Shown here: positions 28,601-42,705 of the stretch, piece by piece | How the letters are laid out: the number at the start of each line of letters is the position of its first letter | Position numbering within the stretch: position 1 is the first letter of the stretch | Assembly (NCBI GenBank): GCA_964016885.1 | Contig: OZ024741.1 | Location: forward strand, 155,620,001-155,684,000 | Source of the DNA: Eledone cirrhosa | Taxonomy: Eukaryota | Direction: 5' to 3' | Length of the DNA stretch: 64,000 nucleotides | Made by a program: the position numbers and the translations under genes | Notes under the pieces: generated by a model | Database searches by the model: none | What the model saw: the letters and a program-made list of their open reading frames with translations, nothing else | What the model was told of the DNA's origin: nothing

Positions 28601-29800
28601 TACATGCGATAACCATTGTCATTTGGCCGCTAGTTTTTCGTAGATCAGAGATATCTTTTCTATTTTTGAAGTATACAATGAGATTTATTTGTATTGATTA
28701 GTTTCAGTTAACATATCTAGTGTCACCAATATAATGCTTTACAACCCTTGCATATGGAAAACATTAATTTTCCAAAATGTAAAAGTTCACATCCTATTTC
28801 GTCAATAGAACGCAGAATTTCTTCATTCGGTTTCTTGTTTAATATTGTTGGTTTATGTCTCTTTTCAAGCGTAAGTTTTATACATAAATTAATCTCAGTT
28901 GGGAAAATTTTTATAAAGGATACATTTTAACTATTTGTACTCTTTACTTTCCCAGGTAATGGTACGTTTATTATCATTGACGGTATTTTAATGCTGATGG
29001 TTATCATGGCTGCGAGGTATAGTAGAGGAAATCTTGGTGTCAAATTTGTCAGTAACAGGGTTATTTGAAGCGTCTGATTGTGCATTGCTGTTCTTTGTTG
29101 TTGATGTTCGGACTGACTACAAGAAAACCTAGTAAGATGGCGGCCTGTTGTGTCACGTGTAGATTATATGTCTGATCCAGGATAATGCTCACTTAGTGTT
29201 ATTTATAGAGATTTAAAACTTTATTATTGTTTTGTATAAAGTTTGTGTTATTTTTATATTCGACAAAAGCTGCTTGTTGGCGTAATTGTTTCGCTGTGAA
29301 ATAATTCAGTTTTGGGTGAAGCTCGTCCCAGGGTAGCTTTATTCTGTTTATATAGCCAACAGAGAGGACTTTTTCTGACAAATAGATCGTTATTGAATTC
29401 GTAACTTCAGAACATATGCGATTTATTGTTTCGGTTCCTCCTGCAACTACAACTAAAAATATTCAGATCCTCAAAATAACTTGTGCAATGAGTGTGACCG
29501 GATTTGCCTTTGTAAAATTGGTCTTAGAAGTCATCCTCGACTTAATGTACAAAATGTTGCTGATTATGGTTTCGTTGGCTTTTCTCCTTGTCGGGAGTAT
29601 GGAAAACAATGTGCCTCTGCCTGTGGACCCTAAAATCATTTGAAAACTCACCAAAAACAAAACAGGGAACCAAAGTGGCAGTAATGTTCATCACTGCAGC
29701 ATATGCAGAAAGAAATATTAATCATTGGCAGGGTTAAAGAGTCATATTGTGCCACCCATGGAGGATCCGGTAGCGAGGATTCTTTAAATCGAGATGCAAC
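25665..29800 (-). mobile_element. Degenerate near full-length R4/Dong LINE family B (SINE S1 inserted at 26235-26400)
   Basis: Minus fragments: WDELHPKLNYFTAKQLRQQA (N-terminal), YRRGIFKGD, NLTHSFFVDDLKV, RHVVLAKAL, KHNRPD, ISCPADV. Colinear with 36402-39185. Confidence 0.85.
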
Positions 29801-29969
29801 CATCATGTGTTTTTGTGTATGTATGTACGAATATACGGGATATGACCTCATAAGAGGTCAGCTAAGTTATGTAGATGTAAGCTACAACACCATCTATTTT
29901 TCAATGATGGAACACATCAAAATGCTTCGAGAATTTCGACAGCGTATAGAAAATTTGTATTTTCAAGCC

Positions 29970-30090
29970 TAATAATTGTTTCTACTTTTGGCACAAGGCC
30001 AGCAATTACCCAGTGTATTACTGGTACTTTATTTTATCGACCTCGTAAGGATGAAAGGCAAAGTTAACCTCGGCGGGATTTGAACTTAGA
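29970..30090 (-). mobile_element. SINE S1 fragment
   Basis: Reverse-complement B box, core and tail. Confidence 0.85.
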
Positions 30091-30384
30091 ATTTTCAAAC
30101 CTAATAATGTTCCGTTAAGATAGAAGCTATTTTTTCTAATTTTTACAGAACGTTTCTAGTTTTTTCACATTATATTTCCGTTTAAATGACATAAATGTCA
30201 ATAATTGTCTGTCAGTAATGATTAGACACATACAAATAAAAATAAATTCATCAATAAATTTCAAAATAAAACAATGTTTTAATAAAGAAAAACAAAAACG
30301 AAAATATTCTGTGTAGTCGTATTTAAAAAAGCAAAAATTAAAACAAAAGCCAAATACGTCTATTATTATAATTATTATTATTAT

Positions 30385-30600
30385 TGGATTGGCAGTATCG
30401 GTAGAGGGCCGGATGCCATGCTTTGACACATAGAGTTACGGCCCTTGCCATACTGAGTTCAAATCCCGCCTAGGTTAACTTTGCCTTTCATCCTACGGGG
30501 TCGATAAAATAAAGTACCAGTCACGCACTGGGGTCGATTTCATCGACCCCCCCCCAATTGCTGGCCTTGTGCCTATATAAGAAATTATTATTATCATTGT
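30385..30600 (+). mobile_element. SINE S1 variant with extra GGGGTCGAT/ATCGACCCC hairpin
   Basis: Full head and core, with an insertion before AATTGCTGGCC. Older degenerate relatives at ~32480-32650 (-) and ~32900-33200 (+). Confidence 0.85.
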
Positions 30601-31415
30601 TATTATTTGTTCCTTATTGATGACGTCGCAGTAATGTAATCAAGCTTCCAAAATTATGGTAATTTAATTAATTCAGTACACGTGACACAACTAATGATCT
30701 GCATACATGCAATGGTGAATGAGCAGAAATGGAAATCATCTGATCTCCTCATTAGTCTCAGCTTTTTTTCCCCAAGATTGAAGTATTAGAGAACCAATGT
30801 TTTGAATATCAGAGAGGCCATGGTTTGAAGTATTTTAAATGATAACAGAAATCTCCATAATAAGATGGTGGTTTTTTATGATGTGTGTGTATAGGCGTTA
30901 CCTGGTAAGCAAATTAACCATGGCATTTCAAACATTTTGTTGACAGCACACTCTTTTACTGGGTTTCAGTCTTTCATCTGCAGTCATACTGGGGCATTGT
31001 CTTGAAGGTATTTTTAATTGATCATGTCGACACCGGTACTAATTTTTTCTTCAAATCATTTTATTGATCTCCATTTGCACCTATATAATATTATTATCAG
31101 TTCTATTTCTTAGGCAGTCTTATTTTTGTTTCATATGTATTTTGTAGTGGAGTAGTTGACGAACTCCAGAATATATCAAATGAATTGAAACCTCAACGAC
31201 TGTACTGTTTAATTTCATCAAGAATGCGAAACAAATTTTCCGCTTGATTATTTGAAACTTTAAGTAACATCCTTTAACATGTTCCTATCAAGTAAATATG
31301 AAATATTTATCACTATTTTCATAACATTAAGTGCCCTTTTGTTGGCATATGATATAGACATACATACATGCACATACACGCATACACACACACGCACACA
31401 CACACGCACGCACGC

Positions 31416-31525
<110 letters not shown>

Positions 31526-31684
31526 GATAAAACAGAGGGAATTTGAAACATTTTTATTTGTCCTACGCGCTTTTCCACAAATGAAATGTAGAGATACGGC
31601 TAGTAAAAGTTTTCACTTAAGCAAATTCCAGTATATGGAACTAAATCCACATAAAAGCAATCATATTTACTTCATTTCATTTCG

Positions 31685-31730
<46 letters not shown>

Positions 31731-31954
31731 CATATTTACCGAAACGAAGTGGGTATAATTATTTAAACACTCCTTCAAATGTTTTAAGTGGCTGGAGGTT
31801 CATAGTGTAGACAATGGTTGTAACATAGTGCAACGATCGACCTCATTTGTCTTCATTAGGCATATATTGTTGTGATGTCTGCTGCAATGGAAATGAAACA
31901 TAAACGTATTAATTCACTTTAAAGTTCAATAACTTTACGCCATTTTGACTATAA

Positions 31955-32058
<104 letters not shown>

Positions 32059-33602
32059 AAATAACGAAAGAAATATGATAAGAACGTAGATGCAGTGAAT
32101 GCAGCATTCTTAATATTTTGAAATATAAACGAATGTACGTAGGTTTTCCCGCAATTAGACGATTTACGCCATTCTAACAAGTGAACTGGCAGTTTTAATT
32201 GTTTGTTAATGACTATACGCATTAAGCATTAATCTTTTGCTACTTCTAGACCAAAATATATTGACTGTACATTTCCAATTTAGATGTTAATACATTAGTC
32301 ATTAATCCCAGGGTAATATATATATATATATATATATAGATGCAATATTGTTAAAGATGATTAGAAACTTAGAAATCTCCTTAAATTACAAAAATACATA
32401 CGACTCAATTCACAGCCAAAAGAAGAGTTCTCGTCCATTTCCAACGATTGGATAATGGGTAACACCATAATGGTTTCTGATTTAGGGAAAAGACCAAATA
32501 TTTTGTGGGAAGGGAAAGTCGATTAAATTGACCCCACTGCCTTATTACTACTTTATTTTATCGACCTCGACGAGCTTTGAACTTAGAACGTAAAGAGACT
32601 TAACTATATGCCACAACAAATTTTATCCGATGCTTTATCGATACTGCCAACACACTAGCCTGACAAAAACTGCAAGAGTAAATTATTCTACTCTGAGCAT
32701 GAACCTATAAGTCGGAGAAGTAAACTCGTATGCGTGCATTCGCCCATGCTTATGCCTGTGATCATCGATTTGCGGGGGTTCTTCGATCGTCCGTATTCGG
32801 AAGTTCTCCTGCAATGCGGGGTCTAATTCTGGTCCTCCTATGCATCTGTTATTTGTTCCGGATATTTAAATTGAAATTTCGCCGTTTTATGGCAAATTAG
32901 CTTTTCAACATTTCAGTCACAATAAAATGAATACCAGGCAAGCACTGGAGATCTATTTAGTCGAAGACGAACAAAATCAGACATCTCTGGCCTTGTCTCG
33001 TATTGTGCCTGAATAAGAAACGGTTTTTGGCAGAATCGGTAGAGCGTCGGACAAAACGCTAAGCAGAATTTAGTTTCGGCACTTTACGTTCTAAATTCAA
33101 ATCCCGTTGAGGTCAACTTCGACTTTTATTCATCTGGAGTCAATATAGTTCACGTTCCCTCTCCCAAATTGCTGGCTTTGCGCCTAAAGTAGAAAAAAAT
33201 ATTAATATAATTATTCCATTAAGTTTTTGAAACTTCGGTCTTCATGTCTATATGAGGTAGGCGTTACGTTGATGATAGCAGCTTCCCGTAATGTGTTCTG
33301 TTCCTTAGGGGAGAGATTTTGGAGTTCTTGTAACGTGGTCTTTCCTGCTATTGGTTTTTATAAATAAATGTATATGCGCATGTAACGCCTTTTTGTGTTA
33401 ACATAATGAGGGTGTATAGAAATCTCACTGGTTTCCTGTTGTCTGACATAAAAATTATCTTCATTAGTAGGGCTAAAAAACAAACAGTAAAATTACATTG
33501 CATTCTTCCAGTTACAATACAATGTAACGGACTGTCACAAGAAAAGAAACATGTAGGCGTTTGTGCATACATACATATATGTCTGTTATATGTATGTATG
33601 TG

Positions 33603-33640
<38 letters not shown>

Positions 33641-33676
33641 TATATGTTTATATATATATGTGTGTGTGTGAGTATG

Positions 33677-33710
<34 letters not shown>

Positions 33711-33892
33711 TACACACACACATACACACACATACACGCACACAAAAATGCCCCCCCCCAGCCCACACATATAGATTCTTAGATACAGGCGCTCACATGT
33801 TTATATATATATTCGTATATACGGAGAACTGAAAATCACGCACAACGGAAGTGTTACATGTAATTCTTTTCAGTCTTACATCAGCTAAAACG

Positions 33893-33933
<41 letters not shown>

Positions 33934-34102
33934 ATATATAGAGAAACACACAGATTCATGCGAACACATACATACACATGAATATATCCACATATATCCC
34001 TGAGTTAGTGGTACCAACCTCAACCGATGTTGCCCTATGAATAACTGGGACAACCAATCCGAATGGATTAGATTGATTCAGTATCAGAGCTATATAATAC
34101 AT

Positions 34103-34711
34103 TATGAAGAGAGACGAAACATTAGATATAATTAGTAATAAGATGTATCATACCCAAACTGCTTCTATAGGCCCCGACTACGTAGTTTCGTGTCATATTA
34201 TGCAAAAACACTACATCATAGAGATATAGAGTTTTTGTGAGGTCTGCCGACTTATCAAGAGGATACCGCATTAAGGGTTTCAAAACACGTCTGTGATGCG
34301 CGAGATAGAATCTCGAAAGGCGGAGGGGGAGTCAATCACGTGATACAGCGGTTAAGAAACAGAGCTAAGCCCCTTATAACCCTGAAAAAAATAGCACGGA
34401 GGCGGAGGGGGTATTTATATCAAAGCCATAGAAGGGTTATAAGGGGCTTAGCTGTTTCTTGACCGCTGTATCACGTGATTGACTCCCCCTCCGCCTTTCG
34501 AGATTCTATCTCGCGCATCACAGACGTGTTTTGAAACCCTTAATGAGGTATCCTCTTGATAAGTCGGCAGACCTCACAAAAACTCTATATCTCTATGATG
34601 TAGTGTTTTTGCATAATATGCCACGTAACTACGTAGTCGGGGCCTATAGAAGCAGTTCAGGTATGATATATCTTATTACTAATTATATCTAATGTTTCTT
34701 CTCTCTTCATA

Positions 34712-34712
<1 letters not shown>
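34103..34712. mobile_element. ORF-less fold-back insert (arms ~34103-34383 / ~34433-34712) with paired hammerheads
   Basis: ~280 bp inverted repeat ending in (TA)n at 34718. Confidence 0.82.
34172..34262 (-). ncRNA. Hammerhead variant (U3-A8 core UUGAUAA) with long stem II; mirror copy 34552-34642 (+) has GAAA>GTAA
   Basis: Minus strand: CCTC-TTGATAA-GT..CAAAAAC tCTATATC/GATGTAGt GTTTTTG..AC-GAAA-CTACGTAG-TC-GGGG. Palindromic stem III and GUC cleavage triplet. Confidence 0.72.
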
Positions 34713-34785
<73 letters not shown>

Positions 34786-34922
34786 CTACAGAAACTTTTC
34801 TGTTGAGTATTCCTATTTATAGTCATTTCTATTGCATTTTCAGTTTCATATTATCACACTAACATACTATCATAGTACTACACTCTCACACTACTCCACT
34901 ACCAGAGAGAGATGGGAGAGAG

Positions 34923-35218
34923 AAAGCACTCCGTCGGTTACGACGACGAGTGTTCTAGTTGATGCGATCAACGGAACACCCTGCTCATGAAATTCACATT
35001 CCACAGACACACGTACCTTTACCGCAATTCTCAGGGAGATTCGGCGTGACACATAATGTAACAAGGCTGACCCTTCGAATTACAGACACAACTCACTTTT
35101 GCCAGCTGAGTGAACTGAAATAAAGTGTCTTGCTCAAGGACATAACGCGGCGCCGGGAATCGAACTCACGAACTTACGATTGGGAGCCAAATACCTTAAC
35201 CACAAAACCACGCGCCTT
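34923..35218 (-). mobile_element. Second tRNA-derived SINE family (CORE-like)
   Basis: Minus strand: GGCGCGTGGTTTTGTGGTTAAGG (A box), GAGTTCGATTCCC (B box), GTCCTTGAGCAAGACACTT (CORE-like). Confidence 0.75.
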
Positions 35219-35317
35219 CCCACCCCTCTAGCATAATATTACACTACCATGGTATCATGCTAGCGTACTATCACGCTATCACTGTATACTATCATATTCC
35301 CACACTACCACAGTATC

Positions 35318-35505
35318 ATAATTGTTTCTACTTTTGGCACAAGGCCAGCAATTACCCAGTGCATTACTGGTACTTTATTTTATCGACACCGTAAGGATTA
35401 AAGGCAATGGTAACCTCGGCAGGATTTGAGCTCAGAATGGCAAGGGCCGTAACTCTATGCGTCAAAGCATGGTTGTCCGACCCTCTACCGATACTGCCAA
35501 TCCAA
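35318..35505 (-). mobile_element. SINE S1
   Basis: Full reverse-complement copy. Confidence 0.9.
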
Positions 35506-35651
35506 TCACACTGAATTCTGTCACACTATATACTACCCCCAGCGAATCACTGTACCTCTACCTCGGTGCTCAACCTGCTAGAAATATCAACACCAAAACA
35601 CCCTCATACGATGCCATACCAATTACATATTGGAGACATACATATATACAT

Positions 35652-35990
35652 GATGGCAGCAACTCGATTTCGAGTAACGTCATCTCTTGATACTTAATCA
35701 TGAGCATCACGGACGTGGTCTTTTAGCCCTCTAGGAACTTGCCTATGGCCAGCAATACCATGCATTGTAAAAAAATGTCACATATGAAGCGAGGCCTGTG
35801 CTTGAAGCTTTTTTAAGCGAGGAAAGGCTGTGCACGGGGCCAATCCCACCCTGAACATCGAATGCATTTGCCCAAAAAGAAGAAATGGTCTACATCATTG
35901 GATGCAAATGAAGTCGGAGGTTTTATATCAGAGTGACCATTTCCTTGAGAAATGTCTTACTATAAATTAGGAGTCTCTCGCTCCACGAAA
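35652..35990 (+). repeat. Family H short repeat
   Basis: GATGGC-agcA ACTCG ATTT CGAGT aac-GTCATC hairpin after CATACAT; shared body; followed by (CATA)n. Confidence 0.55.
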
Positions 35991-36011
35991 ACAAAAACAT
36001 TACATACATAC

Positions 36012-36184
36012 ATACATATCCACACATACAATAACATCCATACCTGCACACACATGCATGCATGCAGACATGCATACATATCTACCTAGTTGATGTTGTG
36101 TAAATTCCAATGAGTCTTGTATCTATGTTAGAAGGCGACTCTCTCTTTAGTGGCAAACATTTGTGAAATTATAAAACCAGATGA

Positions 36185-36190
<6 letters not shown>
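36012..36190 (+). mobile_element. Solo 3' UTR of R4/Dong family B
   Basis: Matches 39012-39185 (ATCTACCTAGTTGATGTTGTG...ATTATAAAACCAGA.GAACATAC), with (CATA)n on both sides. Confidence 0.8.
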
Positions 36191-36215
<25 letters not shown>

Positions 36216-36369
36216 CACTATACAGTCAACGCGATCAGTCGAATATTTTGGCGTGGGAGACTATTTATTAAATTTTTGATGAATACTACCTCCGACAGTA
36301 ATGCCACAACTACAGTCATGTTGAATAACTGGTTATTCTTATAACTATATCTTCTGAAGACACCTTTTA

Positions 36370-39187
36370 ATCGAATTCGTAGAGATATCCGACTAAATAG
36401 ATTGCTCCTTACATGCAAACAAACACAAAAAAACCTCACTCCTCACCAACAAAGAGTGAAAAATAAAATAGAGACGATGTTTGGGAACAGTAGAACCAGA
36501 ACTTTCCAATATAAGCTGATCAAGCTCAAACAAGAATGCACTCTCAACCAAGATGCAGTGTGGCTAAGAGAAATCCGAAAGAACTATTCCTCCTACACTA
36601 CAACAAAAACATACGAAATAAATGAGGGTACCCTGGAGACTGATATGAAAACTCCAAGATAAGAAAACACCAGGAAGAGATATGATTGTCGGCTACTGGT
36701 ACAAAAAACTGATATTTTATCGGAGGTATCTTACTGACCTCTACCAACAAGTTCTTAAGGGAGATACACTTATACCAGAATGGTTGACATTAGTACAAAC
36801 ATTACTGGTCCCCAAGAACAAAGACACCCACTTTGAAAAAAACTACAGACCCATTGCATGCCAGAACCTGATGTATAAGATGTATACAGCCTGCCTGAAC
36901 CTATTCCTCCAAGATCACTCTGAAAATAATAACATCATCACAGATGAACAAGCAGCTGGAAAGAAAGGGGTTTAGGGATGTGCTGAACAACTCCTAATCA
37001 ACAAAACTGCGATGTCGGATGTGCGACAACTCAGGAGGAATGTGGCTACAGTCTGGCTGGACTACAGGAAAGCTTTCGATTCTGTTCCCCACTCTTGGAT
37101 GATAGAGGCCCTCCAACTTGCTAAAGTCCCAGACATTATTGTCAGAGCCATAGAGAGGCTGTCGTCTTCTTGGACCACTATCCTAAAGTTAAAGACAGAG
37201 AGGGAGGACTCTATTTTCACTGATAAAATAAAATATTGCAGGGGTATATTTCAGGGGGACAGTCGCTCTGTGATATTATTCAACTTGTCATTAAACCCCT
37301 TGTCCTTTCTGTTCAAGAAAGGTGAGGGATACATCATTGGCTCACAAGAGGACAGAAATACGAACCTAACCTATAATTTCTTGTGGACGATCTGAAACTC
37401 TCTCCCAAGAACATGGATGGGATGAAGAAAAATCTTGACCTGGTTACAACGTTCTCAAAGGATATAGGAATGGAGTTTGGCCAATATAAATGCTCCTACA
37501 TGACTGTAAAGCGGGGAAAAACAACAACCCAATCTAGCAACATTGTCATCAATGGCCTAACTGTTTCACCGATAGCTGATGAGGACTGCTACAGATACCT
37601 TGGGTTAGATGAGAAGATATCCTATAATGGTATCTGTAATAAGGAACGCGTAACCAGGGAATACTACACCCGATTAAGAAAGATCTGGTCATCGGAACTC
37701 TGCGCAAAACAAAACAATGGCTCACCATGTGTTTGCTGTGCCTGTCCTAACACCAACGTTTGGAATACTCAATTGGACGATAGACAAAATCCGAGCAGTT
37801 GATGTTGGAACTCGAAAAATACTAAACAACACCGGAAACTTCCACATCAACAGTGACATAGACCACCTTTACTTGAAACGTAAGCAGAGAGGTAGAGGCC
37901 TAACATCAGTCCAGACAACGTTTGAATATCGCATCATATCTCTCTGACAACATCTACGAACCTCAAAGCGTAGGAGCCCCTTTTCTCGAGCAAGTCTATC
38001 TGCATGAAACAGATAAGCTCATGAGAGTTGGGAAGCAACTCCTCGGGAGATATTCCTTGTGTGATAATTAACAACTCACACCCAGGGAAGTCGCTCAGCA
38101 GTATCTCAGTGAATCCATGGATGAAAAACTGTATGCTTATCAGCAAAAAATCATGCATGGATATGTTGCCAGGAGCTCCAGAGTGAGATTAATATAGATG
38201 AGGAAAGTAGTCTATCTTGGACCAACAACCGCTATATTGGCTCCCACTTTGAAGGATACGCTTTTGCAATCCAAGAACAGGAGATTAACACGAAATACCT
38301 GATTCACAAAAGAGATAGGGATGCAGGCAAAACACCTAAATGTGATAACAAGTGCAGACTCTGCAGAACTAACATCGAGGATATGACCCATGTTATCAGA
38401 AGCTGTCCAAAGATGTCATCGTGGTACTATCTACCTATGAGGCATCATGTAGTGGCCAAAACACTGTACAATGCAGTTCGTAAAAAAGATAGCCCCGATA
38501 ATAAACACATTAAAAGCTACAGCAATGTGGAAGACATCCATGTACATAATATGAAAGAGTACTGGTGGAATGTTTCAGTAAAAATCCCAATAAAATGCAG
38601 GCATAACAGACCAGATATTATGATATGGGACAGTGGAGAAGAAAGCATGCACAGTAGTGGAAATTAGCTGCCCAGCAGATGCCAATATATTATCAAAGAT
38701 TAGCGAAAAGGAGAATATTTATGCAGATCTGATGAGAAATCTGCAGATATTCCACCCTGATTACACCATCAGGTTTATGCCTGTAATTATTTGGGCACTG
38801 GGGTATGTTAGTAACTGCCTCAATACAAATCTCGAGAAGCTGGGCTTCACAGGAACAGAAAGAACACAACTAGTTAGGAAATTACAAGTACAATCCATTG
38901 ATGGAACAGTAAAAATTTGTAAAACATTTCAAAAATGTTGCATCTAATAACTGCATATACACATGTACAGATACAAAGCATATACACATGCACACATATA
39001 ACTCAAAACATACACATCCACACATACAATAACATCCATATCTACACATGCATGCATACATAATCTACCTAGTTGATGTTGTGTAATTCCAATGACAGAG
39101 TTTTGTGTCTATGTTAGAAACCGACTCTCTCTCTATTGGGGGAGAAAAGAAATTTGTGAGATTATAAAACCAGAAGAACATACATAC
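36370..39187 (+). mobile_element. R4/Dong-type RLE LINE family B (RT + CCHC + REL), frameshifted
   Basis: NYRPIACQNLMYK, WLDYRKAFDSVPH, GIFQGDS, VDDLKL, CRLC..EDMTHVIRSC, RHHVVA, HNRPDI, VVEISCP. The 3' UTR ends in CATACATAC. Confidence 0.93.
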
Positions 39188-39511
39188 AGGATGGTAGTGA
39201 CTGCCGGGCTGCCACTAGCATCCTTTCCGTTCTATTTTTGTCTAGCTAATTCCCCTCTTCAATTAACCTCTCCCCCACACTGAGTCTTCTCTTATCTGTA
39301 CTGTCTCGCTTATTGAATATTTTCTTATCGTCTGATGACACGGTGAAACTGCAGAGTAACTATATAGCTAAATATCCTTGATAAAAGGAATATTTAAACC
39401 CTACTTCTGTATAGTTACTATTTTCTCTCTGGTGTCAACTACATAAGGATATATATAAAATAAAATAATTAAGTCAAATATTTAAAATTTGGCTTCGTTT
39501 ATTAAAGATGT

Positions 39512-39566
39512 ACTGCCATATATATTTCGGTGACAGCCATCATTGGCTGTGACCTCTTCAGGCAGT
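39512..39566 (-). ncRNA. Type I hammerhead related to 280-335/18052-18107 (cleavage site mutated to UG)
   Basis: Minus strand: ACTGC-CTGAAGA-G GTC ACAGCCA atga TGGCTGT CACC-GAAA-TATATA-TG-GCAGT. Stem II shows a compensatory T-A>C-G change against the other copies. Confidence 0.8.
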
Positions 39567-39681
39567 CCGAATTGGTGTGGTAGAGACAGGTACACATGTT
39601 GTTAAAGTGTTTTACTCCGTCAATACTCCGATACGTCCAGCTCCTGGTTGGGTTGTTATTTCTCTGAGGAACTGGAATCAT

Positions 39682-39746
<65 letters not shown>

Positions 39747-40532
39747 GGGGGGGGGGCGTGTGTGCGTGTACTTGGAAAATTTAGGATCACAATCATAGAA
39801 AATAACTGTAACCACAGTCAATTGATTTAATTGATAGCTCAGAAAATCGAGTAAATACTCATTTGGACGGTAAAATGTGGCTTACCTCTGCTATGGATAA
39901 TCTAACTCTGTATCTCTCAAATTCTGGTTGCATGCTTTAACCATGGAGTTCTTCCTCTCATCTTCGTAGATGTCCAGTCCCTCTAAAACAAATGGGACGC
40001 ACCCTAGTATAACGTGACCTCGTACAGTCTGGCGCACTTGTTTCATCAGCAACGTCTGGTATGTTGTCGCCCGGCCTCCCAGCTTCACAGCAGGGCCTCA
40101 CTATACTCTGTACCATCACTCTGGACTGGAACTTAGCTAGTGAGTCTCACAAACAATACGTGAGCCCCACAAATACCACAGCAGATTCACTGTGGAATCT
40201 TTCAGCCTTCACCCATTATCATGCCATTTTAGTGCCGGCCGCGCAGACTAACTCTTAAATGTATTAACACTCACTAGATTAAAGCTGGAGTGGCGGTGGT
40301 TGTTTGACGAAGTTAGAGGTGGCATAAGTCAAGGCTTTATTTACATATGGGCTTGATGTCCAAACTAGCAGGCTGCCTTGCTTGTAATCTTTTTTACTAA
40401 ACCGATTGGGCTGTGCAATGGTGGATCATTTGATTAACGTAATATTAGCTCTTGAGTAAAATTTGCAAACATATCACAAACCACCTCTGTTAAACGATTG
40501 TATCTGAATTAGATAGTATTATTAAACAGACA

Positions 40533-40928
40533 ACGGTGAATTGGCAGTATGGGTAGAGGGTCGGACGCCATGCTTTCTAGCATAGTTACGTCTCTTTACA
40601 GTCTGAGTTCAAATCCCGCCGAGGTTAACTTTGCCTTTCATCCTTACGGGGTCGATAAAATAAAGTACCAGTAATGTACTGGGTAATTGCTGGCCTTGTG
40701 CCTAAAGTAGAAACAATTATTAAACCGACAACGGCGGTGGATTGGCAGTATCGGTAGAGCGTCGGACACCATGCTTTGCAGCATAGAGTTACGCCCCTTC
40801 ATGATCTGAGTTCAAATCTTGCTGAGGTCAAATTTGCCTTTCATCCTTACGGGATCTATAAAATAAAGTACCAGTAATACACTGGGATAATTGCTGGCCT
40901 TGTGCCAAAAAGTAGAAACAATTATTAA
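40533..40928 (+). mobile_element. Two tandem SINE S1 copies
   Basis: Each preceded by ATTATTAAAC.GACAACGG, and the last followed by ATTATTAAACAGACA. Confidence 0.92.
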
Positions 40929-40973
40929 ACAGACATGGATGTATACAGTATTTATTGTAAACTAACAAATTAT

Positions 40974-41046
40974 TTTCGTGTAGCTCAATTGTTAAAGCAC
41001 TCAGCTGCAATTAGGGAGATACGGAGTTCGATACTCCCGAGTGGTT
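40974..41046 (+). pseudogene. tRNA-like sequence (pseudo-tRNA or SINE head, GCA in anticodon position)
   Basis: TAGCTCAATTGTTAAAGC D-arm/A box and GGAGTTCGATACTCC T-arm. Acceptor and anticodon stems pair poorly. Confidence 0.5.
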
Positions 41047-41549
41047 GCTGGCCACATGTTGTTGTCCATAGAAATATTTTACCTCGTTTTCTAAGCTATT
41101 ATTTATAGCAATCGACGATGGTTATAGCTGTTTTCTGCGTTTGGGATTCCTGCATCCTCTACAACTTTCAAAACTATTCAACACTTCGATAGCTGATATA
41201 GAACACACACAAATATACATACATATATATACATAGTTGACATTTCGAAGGCATTTCTGCTCACTTATGCCATCATTTTTTCCGCACATGATTAACATAC
41301 GTAACGCCAGCAAAATGGCAGCGAAAAACGTTAATATTTATTATGTATATTCCAGCTAAGCGAAATATTATTATGGTCATTTCCTCGAAACTTGCATAAT
41401 GCTGAAGACAAAAATAGCAAACATACGTGAACATTTTGTAAAACATACTTTAAACATATTCACTTGTACGCACTAAAACATTTAATCTTCATGATGTAAA
41501 ACATTTTGCCATTTAAAAGCTTTCTGCGACGCATCTTTTGTACTTCATG

Positions 41550-41610
<61 letters not shown>

Positions 41611-42299
41611 GTATATTGAATTTTATATATATATGTATATTGAATTTTTGAAAAATAATTGATTTTCTGTCTTCGATGAACTTTTGTTCCTAAACAATGA
41701 AGAAAGTTTCAATTTTGTTTATTTCTTAAAAAATGTCACCCCCAACACGAATTTTTTTAAATCGCATATAAGTACTATGGAGCCTTCTAGGACTTTTTGA
41801 AACCTTCTAGAACCTTTTGAAGCCTTCGCAAATTTTCTGCAAATTTATAACGTGCATTTTGTGGGACCATATAAGCGTGAGCATTGTTAGGGTGGTCATT
41901 TATCTAAGGCAAATGGGAAATGCGTGTTGTGTTTGTGATCAAATATTATTCTTTCTTTCAGAGTATACAAGATTCCTAAATGATAAAACAAGCTGTTGAT
42001 TTACTGAAAGGTCTTCAAGTATTCATTTTTAAGCATAATGTTTCATAAAAAACTGCTTCTACCACTGAAACTGAAAGAAACAAATAGATCTGGACGAAGA
42101 ATATCATAAGATTTTAAGAATCACATAAGAAAAGAAGAACTGTTCCACAAGAAGAACAATTCCTGAGAAACAAGAACAGGATACCACTCAAAATACAAAT
42201 TGTTGGTCACTACCTCTTCATTGGAGAAATCGCTAAAGTAACAAGTTTATGGGAAAAGAAATAAAATTTCCCAAATTCAAGTCATACAAGCAAACGAAG

Positions 42300-42705
42300 T
42301 ATCTTAATTACAGTAATTGATTTTCTTGTTTTGTATATTAAAACTGTAGCCCATTACTTGGATCTCTAGTGTATTGCTACCTATTATTTTTGCATTCAAT
42401 TCTGTTGCATGTAATAATCTAATCTGTCTAATCTTTCCTTTCATATGTGCGTGTCTAGGTAATTGATGCCAAGGTGTATGTATGCCCCTGTTTCATCTAA
42501 TTATCCCCTTCCGTTTCTTAATCTAGAGTCATTTTCATTTGTTTTCCTCTCTTCAGAATTGTTTTGGCTTATTTTTCTAATTCAAATTTAATGCCTATTT
42601 CTTTTGTTAATCCATGTAGTGTCTGCAGCTATGCTTCAAGTTGTTTGTCATCTGCAACGTACAGCTTTAGATTATCCATATACTGGAGATGATTAATTTT
42701 CTTAA
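42300..42705 (-). mobile_element. Old RLE-type LINE RT fragment
   Basis: Minus: KKINHLQYMDNLKLYVADDKQLE..LQT..GLTKEIGIKFELEK*AK, similar to the R4/Dong HLxYMDDLKLY region. Confidence 0.7.

Noticed and set aside
29725-29790. HDV-like ribozyme at the 5' end of LINE family B (TCCTCG, TTAAAGA/TCTTTAA pairing)
   Set aside because: Could not build the P1/P3/P1.1 nested pseudoknot by eye; only simple hairpins.
39325-39360. CTGATGA-CACGGT-GAAA-CTGCAG motif
   Set aside because: Palindrome present but no UH site or stem I; possibly a degenerate HHR, not supportable.
40974-41046. Functional tRNA-Cys gene
   Set aside because: Acceptor and anticodon stems do not pair properly; listed only as tRNA-like.
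41960-42240. Possible pogo/psq-type HTH transposase relic or host exon after CTTTCAG
   Set aside because: Stops in all frames and only vague motif resemblance; needs BLASTx.
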